Origin: the human T2T-CHM13v2.0 reference genome, Homo sapiens
Length of the DNA stretch: 64,000 nt
Reading direction: 5' to 3' (one strand)
NCBI RefSeq assembly: GCF_009914755.1
Contig: NC_060925.1
Shown: one piece after another, positions 1 to 14,278 of the stretch
Layout of the letters: each line of letters begins with the position of its first letter
Numbering within the stretch: position 1 is the first letter of the stretch
Notes under the pieces: generated by a model
The model's database searches: none
What the model saw: only the letters and a program-made list of their open reading frames with translations
Told to the model about the DNA's origin: nothing
Program-made: the position numbers and the translations under genes

Positions 1-194
1 CTGTCTAGTTTTGAAACGAAGATATTTCCTTTTCTGCCATTGACCTTAAAGCGCTTGAAATCTACACTTGCAAATTGCACAAATAGAGTGTTTCAAATCT
101 GCTCTGTCTAAGGGAACGTTCAACTCTGTGAGTTGAATGCACACAACACAAGGAAGTTACTGGGAATTCTTCTGTCTAGCCTTACATGAAAAAA

Positions 195-211
195 ACCCGT
201 TTCCAACGAAG
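195..211 (-). promoter_or_regulatory. CENP-B box variant of the once-per-HOR A-tract monomer (core intact)
   Basis: ACCCGTTTCCAACGAAG reads CTTCGTTGGAAACGGGT on the minus strand. The core TTCG....A..CGGG is retained and only the terminal base differs. It directly follows a 7-A tract. Confidence 0.85.
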
Positions 212-534
212 GCCTCTAAGTGGTCAAAATATCCACGTGCAGACTTTACAAACAGAGTGTTTCCAAACCGCTGAATGAAAAGAAAAGTTAAACTCTGAGA
301 GTTGAACGCACACATCACGCAGCAGTTTCTGAGAATGATTCTGTCTAGTTTTTATACGAAGATATTTCCTTTTCTGCCTTTGGCCCCAAAGCGCTTGAAA
401 TCTCCACTTGCAAATTCCACAAAAACAGTGTTTCAAATCTGCTCTCTCTAAATGAAAGTTCAACTCTGTCAGTTGAATACACACAACACAAGGAAGTTAC
501 TGAGAATTCTTCTGTCTAGCATAATATGAAGAAA

Positions 535-551
535 TCCCGTTTCCAACGAAG
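535..551 (-). promoter_or_regulatory. CENP-B box (representative; recurs every ~340 bp, about 188 positions in the window)
   Basis: The + strand TCCCGTTTCCAACGAAG is the minus-strand CTTCGTTGGAAACGGGA, a match to the 17-bp consensus YTTCGTTGGAARCGGGA. Confidence 0.97.
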
Positions 552-1046
552 GCCTCAAAGGGGTCTGAATATCCACTTGCAGACTTTATAAACAGAGTGT
601 TTACTAACTGCTCTATGAAAAGAAAGGTTAAACTCTGTGAGTTGAACACACACATCACAAAGGAGTTTCTGAGAATCATTCTGTCTAGTCTTTCTACGAA
701 GATAGTTTCCTTTTCTACCATTGACCTCAAAGCGGCTGAAATCTCCACTAGCAAATTCCACAAAAAGAGTGTTTCAAGTCTGCTCTGTGTAAAGGATCGT
801 TCAACTCTGTGAGTTGAATACACACAACACAAGGAAGTTACTGAGAATTCTTCTGTCTAGCAGAATATGAAGAAATCCCGTTTCCAACGAAGGCCTCAAG
901 GAGGTCTGAATATCCACTTGCAGACTTTACAAACAGAGTGTTTCCTAACTGCTCTATGAAAAGAAAGGTTAAACTCTTTGACTTGAACGCACACATCACA
1001 ACGCAGTTTGTGGGAATGATTCTGTCTAGTCTTTATACGAAGATAT

Positions 1047-1063
1047 TTCCTTTTCTACCATTG
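1047..1063 (-). promoter_or_regulatory. A-box (pJ-alpha-type site position) of the alternate, non-CENP-B monomer (representative)
   Basis: TTCCTTTTCTACCATTG occupies the position homologous to the CENP-B box in every other monomer. It resembles, but does not exactly match, the pJ-alpha motif. Binding cannot be inferred. Confidence 0.55.
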
Positions 1064-2861
1064 ACCTCAAAGCGGCTGAAATCTCCACTTGCAAATTCCA
1101 CAAAAAGAGTGTTTCAAGTCTGCTCTGTGTAAAGGATCGTTCAACTCTGTGAGTTGAATACACACAACACAAGGAAGTTACTGAGAATTCTTCTGTCTAG
1201 CATAATATGAAGAAATCCCGTTTCCAACGAAGGCCACAAGATGTCAGAATATCCACTTACAGACTTTACAAACAGAGTGTTTCCTAACTGCTCTATGAAC
1301 AGAAAGGTTAAACTCTGTGAGTTGAACGAACACATCACAACGCAGTTTGTGGGAATGATTCTGTCTAGTTTTGAAACGAAGATATTTCCTTTTCTGCCAT
1401 TGACCTTAAAGCGCTTGAAATCTACACTTGCAAATTGCACAAATAGAGTGTTTCAAATCTGCTCTGTCTAAGGGAACGTTCAGCTCTGTGAGTTGAATGC
1501 ACACAACACAAGGAAGTTACTGGGAATTCTTCTGTCTAGCCTTACATGAAAAAAACCCGTTTCCAACGAAGGCCTCTAAGTGGTCAAAATATCCACGTGC
1601 AGACTTTACAAACAGAGTGTTTCCAAACCGCTGAATGAAAAGAAAAGTTAAACTCTGAGAGTTGAACGCACACATCACGCAGCAGTTTCTGAGAATGATT
1701 CTGTCTAGTTTATATACGAAGATATTTCCTTTTCTGCCTTTGGTCCCAAAGCGCTTGAAATCTCCACTTGCAAATTCCACAAAAACAGTGTTTCAAATCT
1801 GCTCTCTCTAAATGAAACTTCAACTCTGTCTGTTGAATACACAAAACACAAGGAAGTTACTGAGAATTCTTCTGTCTAGCATAATATGAAGAAATCCCGT
1901 TTCCAACGAAGGCCTCAAAGGGGTCTGAATATCCACTTGCAGACTTTATAAACAGAGTGTTTACTAACTGCTCTATGAAAAGAAAGGTTAAACTCTGTGA
2001 GTTGAACACACACATCACAAAGGAGTTTCTGAGAATCATTCTGTCTAGTTTTTCTACGAAGATATTTCCTTTTCTACTATTGACCTCAAAGCGGCTGAAA
2101 TCTCCACTTGCAAATTCCACAAAAAGAGTGTTTCAAGTCTGCTCTGTGTAAAGGATCGTTCAACTCTGTGAGTTGAATACACACAACACAAGGAAGTTAC
2201 TGAGAATTCTTCTGTCTAGCAGAATATGAAGAAATCCCGTTTCCAACGAAGGCCTCAAAGAGGTCTGAATATCCACTTGCAGACTTTACAAACAGAGTGT
2301 TTCGTAACTGCTCTATGAAAAGAAAAGTTAAACTCTGTGAGTTGAAGGCACACATCACAAAGGAGTTTCTGAGAATCATTCTGTCTAGTTTCTATAGGAA
2401 GATATTTCCTATTCTACCATTGACCTCAAAGCGGCTGAAATCTCCACTTGCAAATTCCACAAAAAGTGTGTTTCATGACTTCTCTCTGTAAAGCATCGTT
2501 CAACTCTGTGAGTTGAATACACACAACACAAGGAAGTTACTGAGAATTCTTCTGTCTAGCATAATATGAAGAAATAACGTTTCCAACGAAGGCCTCAAAG
2601 AGGTCTGAATATCCACTTGCAGACTTTACAAACAGAGTGTTTCCTAACTGCTCTATGAAAAGAAAAGTTAAACTCTGTGAGTTGAACGCACACATCACAA
2701 AGGATTTTCTGAGAATCATTCTGTCTAGTCTTTATACGAAGATAGTTTCCTTTTCTACCATTGACCTCAAAGCGGCTGAAATCTCCACTTGCAAATTCCA
2801 CAAAAAGAGTGTTTCAAGTCTGCTCTGTGTAAAGGATCGTTCAACTCTGTGAGTTGAATAC

Positions 2862-4221
2862 ACACAACACAAGGAAGTTACTGAGAATTCTTCTGTCTAG
2901 CAGAATATGAAGAAATCCCGTTTCCAACGAAGGCCTCAAGGAGGTCTGAATATCTACTTGCAGACTTTACAAACAGAGTGTTTCCTAACTGCTCTATGAA
3001 AAGAAAGGTGAAACTCTGTGAGTTGAATGCACACATCACAAAGGAGTTTATGAGAATCATTCTGTCTAGTTTCTATAGGAAGATATTTCCTATTCTACCA
3101 TTGACCTCAAAGCGGCTGAAATCTCCACTTGCAAATTCCACAAAAAGAGTGTTTCAAGTCTGCTCTCTGTAAAGGATCGTTCAACTCTGTCAGTTGAATA
3201 CACACAACAGAAAGAAGTTACTGAGAATTATTCTGTCTAGCATAATATGAAGAAATCCCGTTTCCAACGAAGGCCTCAAAGAGGTCTGAATATCCACTTG
3301 CAGACTTTACAAACAGAGTGTTTCCTAACTGCTCTATGAAAAGAAAAGTTAAACTCTGTGAGTTGAACGCACACATCACAAAGGAGTTTCTGAGAATCAT
3401 TCTGTCTAGTCTGTATAAGAAGATATTTCCTTTTCTACCATTGACCTCAAAGCGGCTGAAATCTCCACTTGCAAATTCCACAAAAAGAGTGTTTCAACTC
3501 CGCTCTGTGTAAAGGATCGTTCAACTCTGTGAGTTGAATACACACAACACAAGGAAGTTACTGAGAATTCTTCTGTCTAGCAGAATATGAAGAAATCCCG
3601 TTTCCAACGAAGGCCTCAAGGAGGTCTGAATATCTACTTGCAGACTTTACAAACAGAGTGTTTCCTAACTGCTCTATGAAAAGAAAGGTGAAACTCTGTG
3701 AGTTGAATGCACACATCACAAAGGAGTTTATGAGAATCATTCTGTCTAGTTTCTATAGGAAGATATTTCCTATTCTACCATTGACCTCAAAGCGGCTGAA
3801 ATCTCCACTTGCAAATTCCACAAAAAGAGTGTTTCAAGTCTGCTCTCTGTAAAGGATCGTTCAACTCTGTCAGTTGAATACACACAACACAAAGAAGTTA
3901 CTGAGAATTATTCTGTCTAGCATAATATGAAGAAATCCCGTTTCCAACGAAGGCCTCAAAGAGGTCTGAATATCCACTTGCAGACTTTACAAACAGAGTT
4001 TTTCCTAACTGCTCTATGAAAAGAAAAGTTAAACTCTGTGAGTTGAACGCACACATCACAAAGGAGTTTCTGAGAATCATTCTGTCTAGTCTGTATAAGA
4101 AGATATTTCCTTTTCTACCATTGACCTCAAAGCGGCTGAAATCTCCACTTGCAAATTCCACAAAAAGAGTGTTTCAACTCCGCTCTGTGTAAAGGATCGT
4201 TCAACTCTGTGAGTTGAATAC
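2862..4221 (-). repeat. Tandem 680-bp (4-monomer) duplication inside the 22-mer; repeated at ~10001-11360
   Basis: Markers TATCTACTTG, AAGGTGAAAC, CTGTATAAGA and CAACTCCGCT each occur twice, 680 bp apart (ORFs 2878/3558, 3218/3898). Ends are approximate. Confidence 0.88.
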
Positions 4222-7139
4222 ACACAACACAAGGAAGTTACTGAGAATTCTTCTGTCTAGCATAATATGAAGAAATCCCGTTTCCAACGAAGGCCTCAAA
4301 GAGGTCTGAATATCCACTTGCAGACTTTACAAACAGAGTGTTTCCTAACTGCTCTATGAAAAGAAAGGTTAAACTCTGTGAGTTGAACGCACACATTTCA
4401 AAGGAGATTCTGAGAATCATTCTATCTAGTCTTTATACGAAGATATTTCCTTTTCTACCATTGACCTCAAAGCGGCTGAAATCTCCACTTGCAAATTCCA
4501 CAAAAAGAGTGTTTCAAGTCTGCTCTGTGTAAAGGATCGTTCAACTCTGTGAGTTGAATACACACAACACAAGGAAGTTAGTGAGAATTCTTCTGTCTAG
4601 CAGAATATGAAGAAATCCCGTTTCCAAAGAAGGCCTCAAAGAGGTCTGAATATCCACTTGCAGACTTTACAAACAGAGTGTTTCCTAACTGCTCTATGAA
4701 AAGAAAAGTTAAACTCTGTGTGTTGAACGCACACATCACAAAGGAGTTTCTGAGAATCATTCTGTCTAGTCTTTATACGAAGATATTTCCTTTTCTACCA
4801 TTGACCTCAAAGCGGCTGAAATCTCCACTTGCAAATTCCACAAAAAGAGTGTTTCAAGTCTGCTCTGTGTAAAGGATCGTTCAACTCTGTGAGTTGAATA
4901 CACACAGCACAAGGAAGTTACTGAGAATTCTTCTGTCTAGCAGAATATGAAGAAATCCCGTTTCCAACGAAGGCCACAAGATGTCAGAATATCCACTTAC
5001 AGACTTTACAAACAGAGTGTTTCCTAACTGCTCTATGAACAGAAAGGTTAAACTCTGTGAGTTGAACGAACACATCACAACGCAGTTTGTGGGAATGATT
5101 CTGTCTAGTTTTGAAACGAAGATATTTCCTTTTCTGCCATTGACCTTAAAGCGCTTGAAATCTACACTTGCAAATTGCACAAATAGAGTGTTTCAAATCT
5201 GCTCTGTCTAAGGGAACGTTCAGCTCTGTGAGTTGAATGCACACAACACAAGGAAGTTACTGGGAATTCTTCTGTCTAGCCTTACATGAAAAAAACCCGT
5301 TTCCAACGAAGGCCTCTAAGTGGTCAAAATATCCACGTGCAGACTTTACAAACAGAGTGTTTCCAAACCGCTGAATGAAAAGAAAAGTTAAACTCTGAGA
5401 GTTGAACGCACACATCACGCAGCAGTTTCTGAGAATGATTCTGTCTAGTTTTTATACGAAGATATTTCCTTTTCTGCCTTTGGTCCCAAAGCGCTTGAAA
5501 TCTCCACTTGCAAATTCCACAAAAACAGTGTTTCAAATCTGCTCTCTCTAAATGAAACTTCAACTCTGTCAGTTGAATACACAAAACACAAGGAAGTTAC
5601 TGAGAATTCTTCTGTCTAGCATAATATGAAGAAATCCCGTTTCCAACGAAGGCCTCAAAGGGGTCTGAATATCCACTTGCAGACTTTATAAACAGAGTGT
5701 TTACTAACTTCTCTATGAAAAGAAAGGTTAAACTCTGTGAGTTGAACACACACATCACAAAGGAGTTTCTGAGAATCATTCTGTCTAGTTTTTCTACGAA
5801 GATATATCCTTTTCTACTATTGACCTCAAAGCGGCTGAAATCTCCACTTGCAAATTCCACAAAAAGAGAGTTTCAAGTCTGCTCTGTGTAAAGGATTGTT
5901 CAACTCTGTGAGTTGAATACACACAACACAAGGAAGTTACTGAGAATTCTTCTGTCTAGCAGAATATAAAGAAATCCCGTTTCCAACGAAGGCCTCAAAG
6001 AGGTCTGAATATCCACTTGCAGACTTTACAAACAGAGTGTTTCCTAACTGCTCTATGAAAAGAAAGGTTAAACTCTGTGAGTTGAACGCACACATCACAA
6101 AGGAGTTTATGAGAATCATTCTGTCTAGTTTCTATAGGAAGATATTTCCTATTCTACCATTGACCTCAAAGCGGCTGAAATCTCCACTTGCAAATTCCAC
6201 AAAAAGAGTGTTTCAAGTCTGCTCTCTGTAAAGGATCGTTCAACTCTGAGAGTTGAATACACACAACACAAGGAAGTTACTGAGAATTATTCTGTCTAGC
6301 ATAATATGAAGAAATCCCGTTTCCAACGAAGGCCACAAAGAGGTCTGAATATCCACTTGCAGACTTTACAAACAGAGTGTTTCCTAACTGCTCTATGAAA
6401 AGAAAAGTTAATCTCTGTGAGTTGAACGCACACATCACAAACGAGTTTCTGAGAATCATTCTGTCTAGTCTTTATACGAAGATATTTCCTTTTCTACCAT
6501 TGACCTCAAAGCGGCTGAAATCTCCACTTGCAAATTCCACAAAAAGAGTGTTTCAAGTCTGCTCTGTGTAAAGGATCGTTCAACTCTGTGAGTTGAATAC
6601 ACACAACACAAGGAAGTTAGTGAGAATTCTTCTGTCTAGCAGAATATGAAGAAATCCCATTTCCAACGAAGGCCTCAAGGAGGTCTGAATATCCACTTGC
6701 AGACTTTACAAACAGAGTGTTTCCTAACTGCTCTATGAAAAGAAAGGTTAAACTCTGTGAGTTGAACGCACACATCACAAAGGAGTTTCTGAGAATCATT
6801 CTGTCTTGTTTCTATAAGAAGATATTTCCTTTTCTACCATTGACCTCAAAGCGGCTGAAATCTCCACTTGCAAATTCCACAAAAAGAGTGTTTCAAGTCT
6901 GCTCTGTGTAAAGGATCGTTCAATTCTGTGAGTTGAATACACACAACACAAGGAAGTTACTGAGAATTCTTCTGTCTAGCAGAATATGAAGAAATCCCGT
7001 TTCCAACGAAGGCCACAAGATGTCAGAATATCCACTTTCAGACTTTACAAACAGAGTGTTTCCTAACTGCTCTATGAACAGAAAGGTTAAACTCTGTGAG
7101 TTGAACGAACACATCACAACGCAGTTTGTGGGAATGATT

Positions 7140-10100
7140 CTGTCTAGTTTTGAAACGAAGATATTTCCTTTTCTGCCATTGACCTTAAAGCGCTTGAAAT
7201 CTACACTTGCAAATTGCACAAATAGAGTGTTTCAAATCTGCTCTGTCTAAGGGAACGTTCAACTCTGTGAGTTGAATGCACACAACACAAGGAAGTTACT
7301 GGGAATTCTTCTGTCTAGCCTTACATGAAAAAAACCCGTTTCCAACGAAGGCCTCTAAGTGGTCAAAATATCCACGTGCAGACTTTACAAACAGAGTGTT
7401 TCCAAACCGCTGAATGAAAAGAAAAGTTAAACTCTGAGAGTTGAACGCACACATCACGCAGCAGTTTCTGAGAATGATTCTGTCTAGTTTTTATACGAAG
7501 ATATTTCCTTTTCTGCCTTTGGCCCCAAAGCGCTTGAAATCTCCACTTGCAAATTCCACAAAAACAGTGTTTCAAATCTGCTCTCTCTAAATGAAAGTTC
7601 AACTCTGTCAGTTGAATACACACAACACAAGGAAGTTACTGAGAATTCTTCTGTCTAGCATAATATGAAGAAATCCCGTTTCCAACGAAGGCCTCAAAGG
7701 GGTCTGAATATCCACTTGCAGACTTTATAAACAGAGTGTTTACTAACTGCTCTATGAAAAGAAAGGTTAAACTCTGTGAGTTGAACACACACATCACAAA
7801 GGAGTTTCTGAGAATCATTCTGTCTAGTCTTTCTACGAAGATAGTTTCCTTTTCTACCATTGACCTCAAAGCGGCTGAAATCTCCACTAGCAAATTCCAC
7901 AAAAAGAGTGTTTCAAGTCTGCTCTGTGTAAAGGATCGTTCAACTCTGTGAGTTGAATACACACAACACAAGGAAGTTACTGAGAATTCTTCTGTCTAGC
8001 AGAATATGAAGAAATCCCGTTTCCAACGAAGGCCTCAAGGAGGTCTGAATATCCACTTGCAGACTTTACAAACAGAGTGTTTCCTAACTGCTCTATGAAA
8101 AGAAAGGTTAAACTCTTTGACTTGAACGCACACATCACAACGCAGTTTGTGGGAATGATTCTGTCTAGTCTTTATACGAAGATATTTCCTTTTCTACCAT
8201 TGACCTCAAAGCGGCTGAAATCTCCACTTGCAAATTCCACAAAAAGAGTGTTTCAAGTCTGCTCTGTGTAAAGGATCGTTCAACTCTGTGAGTTGAATAC
8301 ACACAACACAAGGAAGTTACTGAGAATTCTTCTGTCTAGCATAATATGAAGAAATCCCGTTTCCAACGAAGGCCACAAGATGTCAGAATATCCACTTACA
8401 GACTTTACAAACAGAGTGTTTCCTAACTGCTCTATGAACAGAAAGGTTAAACTCTGTGAGTTGAACGAACACATCACAACGCAGTTTGTGGGAATGATTC
8501 TGTCTAGTTTTGAAACGAAGATATTTCCTTTTCTGCCATTGACCTTAAAGCGCTTGAAATCTACACTTGCAAATTGCACAAATAGAGTGTTTCAAATCTG
8601 CTCTGTCTAAGGGAACGTTCAGCTCTGTGAGTTGAATGCACACAACACAAGGAAGTTACTGGGAATTCTTCTGTCTAGCCTTACATGAAAAAAACCCGTT
8701 TCCAACGAAGGCCTCTAAGTGGTCAAAATATCCACGTGCAGACTTTACAAACAGAGTGTTTCCAAACCGCTGAATGAAAAGAAAAGTTAAACTCTGAGAG
8801 TTGAACGCACACATCACGCAGCAGTTTCTGAGAATGATTCTGTCTAGTTTATATACGAAGATATTTCCTTTTCTGCCTTTGGTCCCAAAGCGCTTGAAAT
8901 CTCCACTTGCAAATTCCACAAAAACAGTGTTTCAAATCTGCTCTCTCTAAATGAAACTTCAACTCTGTCTGTTGAATACACAAAACACAAGGAAGTTACT
9001 GAGAATTCTTCTGTCTAGCATAATATGAAGAAATCCCGTTTCCAACGAAGGCCTCAAAGGGGTCTGAATATCCACTTGCAGACTTTATAAACAGAGTGTT
9101 TACTAACTGCTCTATGAAAAGAAAGGTTAAACTCTGTGAGTTGAACACACACATCACAAAGGAGTTTCTGAGAATCATTCTGTCTAGTATTTCTACGAAG
9201 ATATTTCCTTTTCTACTATTGACCTCAAAGCGGCTGAAATCTCCACTTGCAAATTCCACAAAAAGAGTGTTTCAAGTCTGCTCTGTGTAAAGGATCGTTC
9301 AACTCTGTGAGTTGAATACACACAACACAAGGAAGTTACTGAGAATTCTTCTGTCTAGCAGAATATGAAGAAATCCCGTTTCCAACGAAGGCCTCAAAGA
9401 GGTCTGAATATCCACTTGCAGACTTTACAAACAGAGTGTTTCGTAACTGCTCTATGAAAAGAAAAGTTAAACTCTGTGAGTTGAAGGCACACATCACAAA
9501 GGAGTTTCTGAGAATCATTCTGTCTAGTTTCTATAGGAAGATATTTCCTATTCTACCATTGACCTCAAAGCGGCTGAAATCTCCACTTGCAAATTCCACA
9601 AAAAGTGTGTTTCATGACTTCTCTCTGTAAAGCATCGTTCAACTCTGTGAGTTGAATACACACAACACAAGGAAGTTACTGAGAATTCTTCTGTCTAGCA
9701 TAATATGAAGAAATAACGTTTCCAACGAAGGCCTCAAAGAGGTCTGAATATCCACTTGCAGACTTTACAAACAGAGTGTTTCCTAACTGCTCTATGAAAA
9801 GAAAAGTTAAACTCTGTGAGTTGAACGCACACATCACAAAGGATTTTCTGAGAATCATTCTGTCTAGTCTTTATACGAAGATAGTTTCCTTTTCTACCAT
9901 TGACCTCAAAGCGGCTGAAATCTCCACTTGCAAATTCCACAAAAAGAGTGTTTCAAGTCTGCTCTGTGTAAAGGATCGTTCAACTCTGTGAGTTGAATAC
10001 ACACAACACAAGGAAGTTACTGAGAATTCTTCTGTCTAGCAGAATATGAAGAAATCCCGTTTCCAACGAAGGCCTCAAGGAGGTCTGAATATCTACTTGC

Positions 10101-13100
10101 AGACTTTACAAACAGAGTGTTTCCTAACTGCTCTATGAAAAGAAAGGTGAAACTCTGTGAGTTGAATGCACACATCACAAAGGAGTTTATGAGAATCATT
10201 CTGTCTAGTTTCTATAGGAAGATATTTCCTATTCTACCATTGACCTCAAAGCGGCTGAAATCTCCACTTGCAAATTCCACAAAAAGAGTGTTTCAAGTCT
10301 GCTCTCTGTAAAGGATCGTTCAACTCTGTCAGTTGAATACACACAACAGAAAGAAGTTACTGAGAATTATTCTGTCTAGCATAATATGAAGAAATCCCGT
10401 TTCCAACGAAGGCCTCAAAGAGGTCTGAATATCCACTTGCAGACTTTACAAACAGAGTGTTTCCTAACTGCTCTATGAAAAGAAAAGTTAAACTCTGTGA
10501 GTTGAACGCACACATCACAAAGGAGTTTCTGAGAATCATTCTGTCTAGTCTGTATAAGAAGATATTTCCTTTTCTACCATTGACCTCAAAGCGGCTGAAA
10601 TCTCCACTTGCAAATTCCACAAAAAGAGTGTTTCAACTCCGCTCTGTGTAAAGGATCGTTCAACTCTGTGAGTTGAATACACACAACACAAGGAAGTTAC
10701 TGAGAATTCTTCTGTCTAGCAGAATATGAAGAAATCCCGTTTCCAACGAAGGCCTCAAGGAGGTCTGAATATCTACTTGCAGACTTTACAAACAGAGTGT
10801 TTCCTAACTGCTCTATGAAAAGAAAGGTGAAACTCTGTGAGTTGAATGCACACATCACAAAGGAGTTTATGAGAATCATTCTGTCTAGTTTCTATAGGAA
10901 GATATTTCCTATTCTACCATTGACCTCAAAGCGGCTGAAATCTCCACTTGCAAATTCCACAAAAAGAGTGTTTCAAGTCTGCTCTCTGTAAAGGATCGTT
11001 CAACTCTGTCAGTTGAATACACACAACACAAAGAAGTTACTGAGAATTATTCTGTCTAGCATAATATGAAGAAATCCCGTTTCCAACGAAGGCCTCAAAG
11101 AGGTCTGAATATCCACTTGCAGACTTTACAAACAGAGTTTTTCCTAACTGCTCTATGAAAAGAAAAGTTAAACTCTGTGAGTTGAACGCACACATCACAA
11201 AGGAGTTTCTGAGAATCATTCTGTCTAGTCTGTATAAGAAGATATTTCCTTTTCTACCATTGACCTCAAAGCGGCTGAAATCTCCACTTGCAAATTCCAC
11301 AAAAAGAGTGTTTCAACTCCGCTCTGTGTAAAGGATCGTTCAACTCTGTGAGTTGAATACACACAACACAAGGAAGTTACTGAGAATTCTTCTGTCTAGC
11401 ATAATATGAAGAAATCCCGTTTCCAACGAAGGCCTCAAAGAGGTCTGAATATCCACTTGCAGACTTTACAAACAGAGTGTTTCCTAACTGCTCTATGAAA
11501 AGAAAGGTTAAACTCTGTGAGTTGAACGCACACATTTCAAAGGAGATTCTGAGAATCATTCTATCTAGTCTTTATACGAAGATATTTCCTTTTCTACCAT
11601 TGACCTCAAAGCGGCTGAAATCTCCACTTGCAAATTCCACAAAAAGAGTGTTTCAAGTCTGCTCTGTGTAAAGGATCGTTCAACTCTGTGAGTTGAATAC
11701 ACACAACACAAGGAAGTTAGTGAGAATTCTTCTGTCTAGCAGAATATGAAGAAATCCCGTTTCCAAAGAAGGCCTCAAAGAGGTCTGAATATCCACTTGC
11801 AGACTTTACAAACAGAGTGTTTCCTAACTGCTCTATGAAAAGAAAAGTTAAACTCTGTGTGTTGAACGCACACATCACAAAGGAGTTTCTGAGAATCATT
11901 CTGTCTAGTCTTTATACGAAGATATTTCCTTTTCTACCATTGACCTCAAAGCGGCTGAAATCTCCACTTGCAAATTCCACAAAAAGAGTGTTTCAAGTCT
12001 GCTCTGTGTAAAGGATCGTTCAACTCTGTGAGTTGAATACACACAGCACAAGGAAGTTACTGAGAATTCTTCTGTCTAGCAGAATATGAAGAAATCCCGT
12101 TTCCAACGAAGGCCACAAGATGTCAGAATATCCACTTACAGACTTTACAAACAGAGTGTTTCCTAACTGCTCTATGAACAGAAAGGTTAAACTCTGTGAG
12201 TTGAACGAACACATCACAACGCAGTTTGTGGGAATGATTCTGTCTAGTTTTGAAACGAAGATATTTCCTTTTCTGCCATTGACCTTAAAGCGCTTGAAAT
12301 CTACACTTGCAAATTGCACAAATAGAGTGTTTCAAATCTGCTCTGTCTAAGGGAACGTTCAGCTCTGTGAGTTGAATGCACACAACACAAGGAAGTTACT
12401 GGGAATTCTTCTGTCTAGCCTTACATGAAAAAAACCCGTTTCCAACGAAGGCCTCTAAGTGGTCAAAATATCCACGTGCAGACTTTACAAACAGAGTGTT
12501 TCCAAACCGCTGAATGAAAAGAAAAGTTAAACTCTGAGAGTTGAACGCACACATCACGCAGCAGTTTCTGAGAATGATTCTGTCTAGTTTTTATACGAAG
12601 ATATTTCCTTTTCTGCCTTTGGTCCCAAAGCGCTTGAAATCTCCACTTGCAAATTCCACAAAAACAGTGTTTCAAATCTGCTCTCTCTAAATGAAACTTC
12701 AACTCTGTCAGTTGAATACACAAAACACAAGGAAGTTACTGAGAATTCTTCTGTCTAGCATAATATGAAGAAATCCCGTTTCCAACGAAGGCCTCAAAGG
12801 GGTCTGAATATCCACTTGCAGACTTTATAAACAGAGTGTTTACTAACTTCTCTATGAAAAGAAAGGTTAAACTCTGTGAGTTGAACACACACATCACAAA
12901 GGAGTTTCTGAGAATCATTATGTCTAGTTTTTCTACGAAGATATATCCTTTTCTACTATTGACCTCAAAGCGGCTGAAATCTCCACTTGCAAATTCCACA
13001 AAAAGAGAGTTTCAAGTCTGCTCTGTGTAAAGGATCGTTCAACTCTGTGAGTTGAATACACACAACACAAGGAAGTTACTGAGAATTCTTCTGTCTAGCA

Positions 13101-14278
13101 GAATATAAAGAAATCCCGTTTCCAACGAAGGCCTCAAAGAGGTCTGAATATCCACTTGCAGACTTTACAAACAGAGTGTTTCCTAACTGCTCTATGAAAA
13201 GAAAGGTTAAACTCTGTGAGTTGAACGCACACATCACAAAGGAGTTTATGAGAATCATTCTGTCTAGTTTCTATAGGAAGATATTTCCTATTCTACCATT
13301 GACCTCAAAGCGGCTGAAATCTCCACTTGCAAATTCCACAAAAAGAGTGTTTCAAGTCTGCTCTCTGTAAAGGATCGTTCAACTCTGAGAGTTGAATACA
13401 CACAACACAAGGAAGTTACTGAGAATTATTCTGTCTAGCATAATATGAAGAAATCCCGTTTCCAACGAAGGCCACAAAGAGGTCTGAATATCCACTTGCA
13501 GACTTTACAAACAGAGTGTTTCCTAACTGCTCTATGAAAAGAAAAGTTAATCTCTGTGAGTTGAACGCACACATCACAAACGAGTTTCTGAGAATCATTC
13601 TGTCTAGTCTTTATACGAAGATATTTCCTTTTCTACCATTGACCTCAAAGCGGCTGAAATCTCCACTTGCAAATTCCACAAAAAGAGTGTTTCAAGTCTG
13701 CTCTGTGTAAAGGATCGTTCAACTCTGTGAGTTGAATACACACAACACAAGGAAGTTAGTGAGAATTCTTCTGTCTAGCAGAATATGAAGAAATCCCATT
13801 TCCAACGAAGGCCTCAAGGAGGTCTGAATATCCACTTGCAGACTTTACAAACAGAGTGTTTCCTAACTGCTCTATGAAAAGAAAGGTTAAACTCTGTGAG
13901 TTGAACGCACACATCACAAAGGAGTTTCTGAGAATCATTCTGTCTTGTTTCTATACGAAGATATTTCCTTTTCTACCATTGACCTCAAAGCGGCTGAAAT
14001 CTCCACTTGCAAATTCCACAAAAAGAGTGTTTCAAGTCTGCTCTGTGTAAACGATCGTTCAATTCTGTGAGTTGAATACACACAACACAAGGAAGTTACT
14101 GAGAATTCTTCTGTCTAGCAGAATATGAAGAAATCCCGTTTCCAACGAAGGCCACAAGATGTCAGAATATCCACTTTCAGACTTTACAAACAGAGTGTTT
14201 CCTAACTGCTCTATGAACAGAAAGGTTAAACTCTGTGAGTTGAACGAACACATCACAACGCAGTTTGTGGGAATGATT
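7140..14278 (-). repeat. 7139-bp super-repeat copy 2
   Basis: Shares rare variants with copy 1: TTTCGTAACT, TTTCATGACTTCTC, GAAATAACG, CACATTTCAAAGGAGATTC, ACAGCACA. Similarity continues into the next 8-mer at 14279. Confidence 0.93.

Larger units (their letters stand above)
1..7139 (-). repeat. 7139-bp super-repeat copy 1 (8-mer + 22-mer + 12-mer HOR variants = 42 monomers)
   Basis: Unit lengths are 1360, 3740 and 2039. ORF-track entries recur at +7139 (224/7363, 1517/8656, 2297/9436, 4338/11477, 6377/13516). The copy may start before the window. Confidence 0.93.

Noticed and set aside
164-169. Periodic EcoRI sites and their loss (GAATTA variants)
   Set aside because: This is the well-known 340-bp EcoRI dimer property. 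Losses are ordinary SNPs already covered by the haplotype structure.
234-239. E-box palindrome CACGTG once per HOR
   Set aside because: It is a 6-bp motif arising from one substitution in CCACTTGC. Nothing in the sequence supports a regulatory role.
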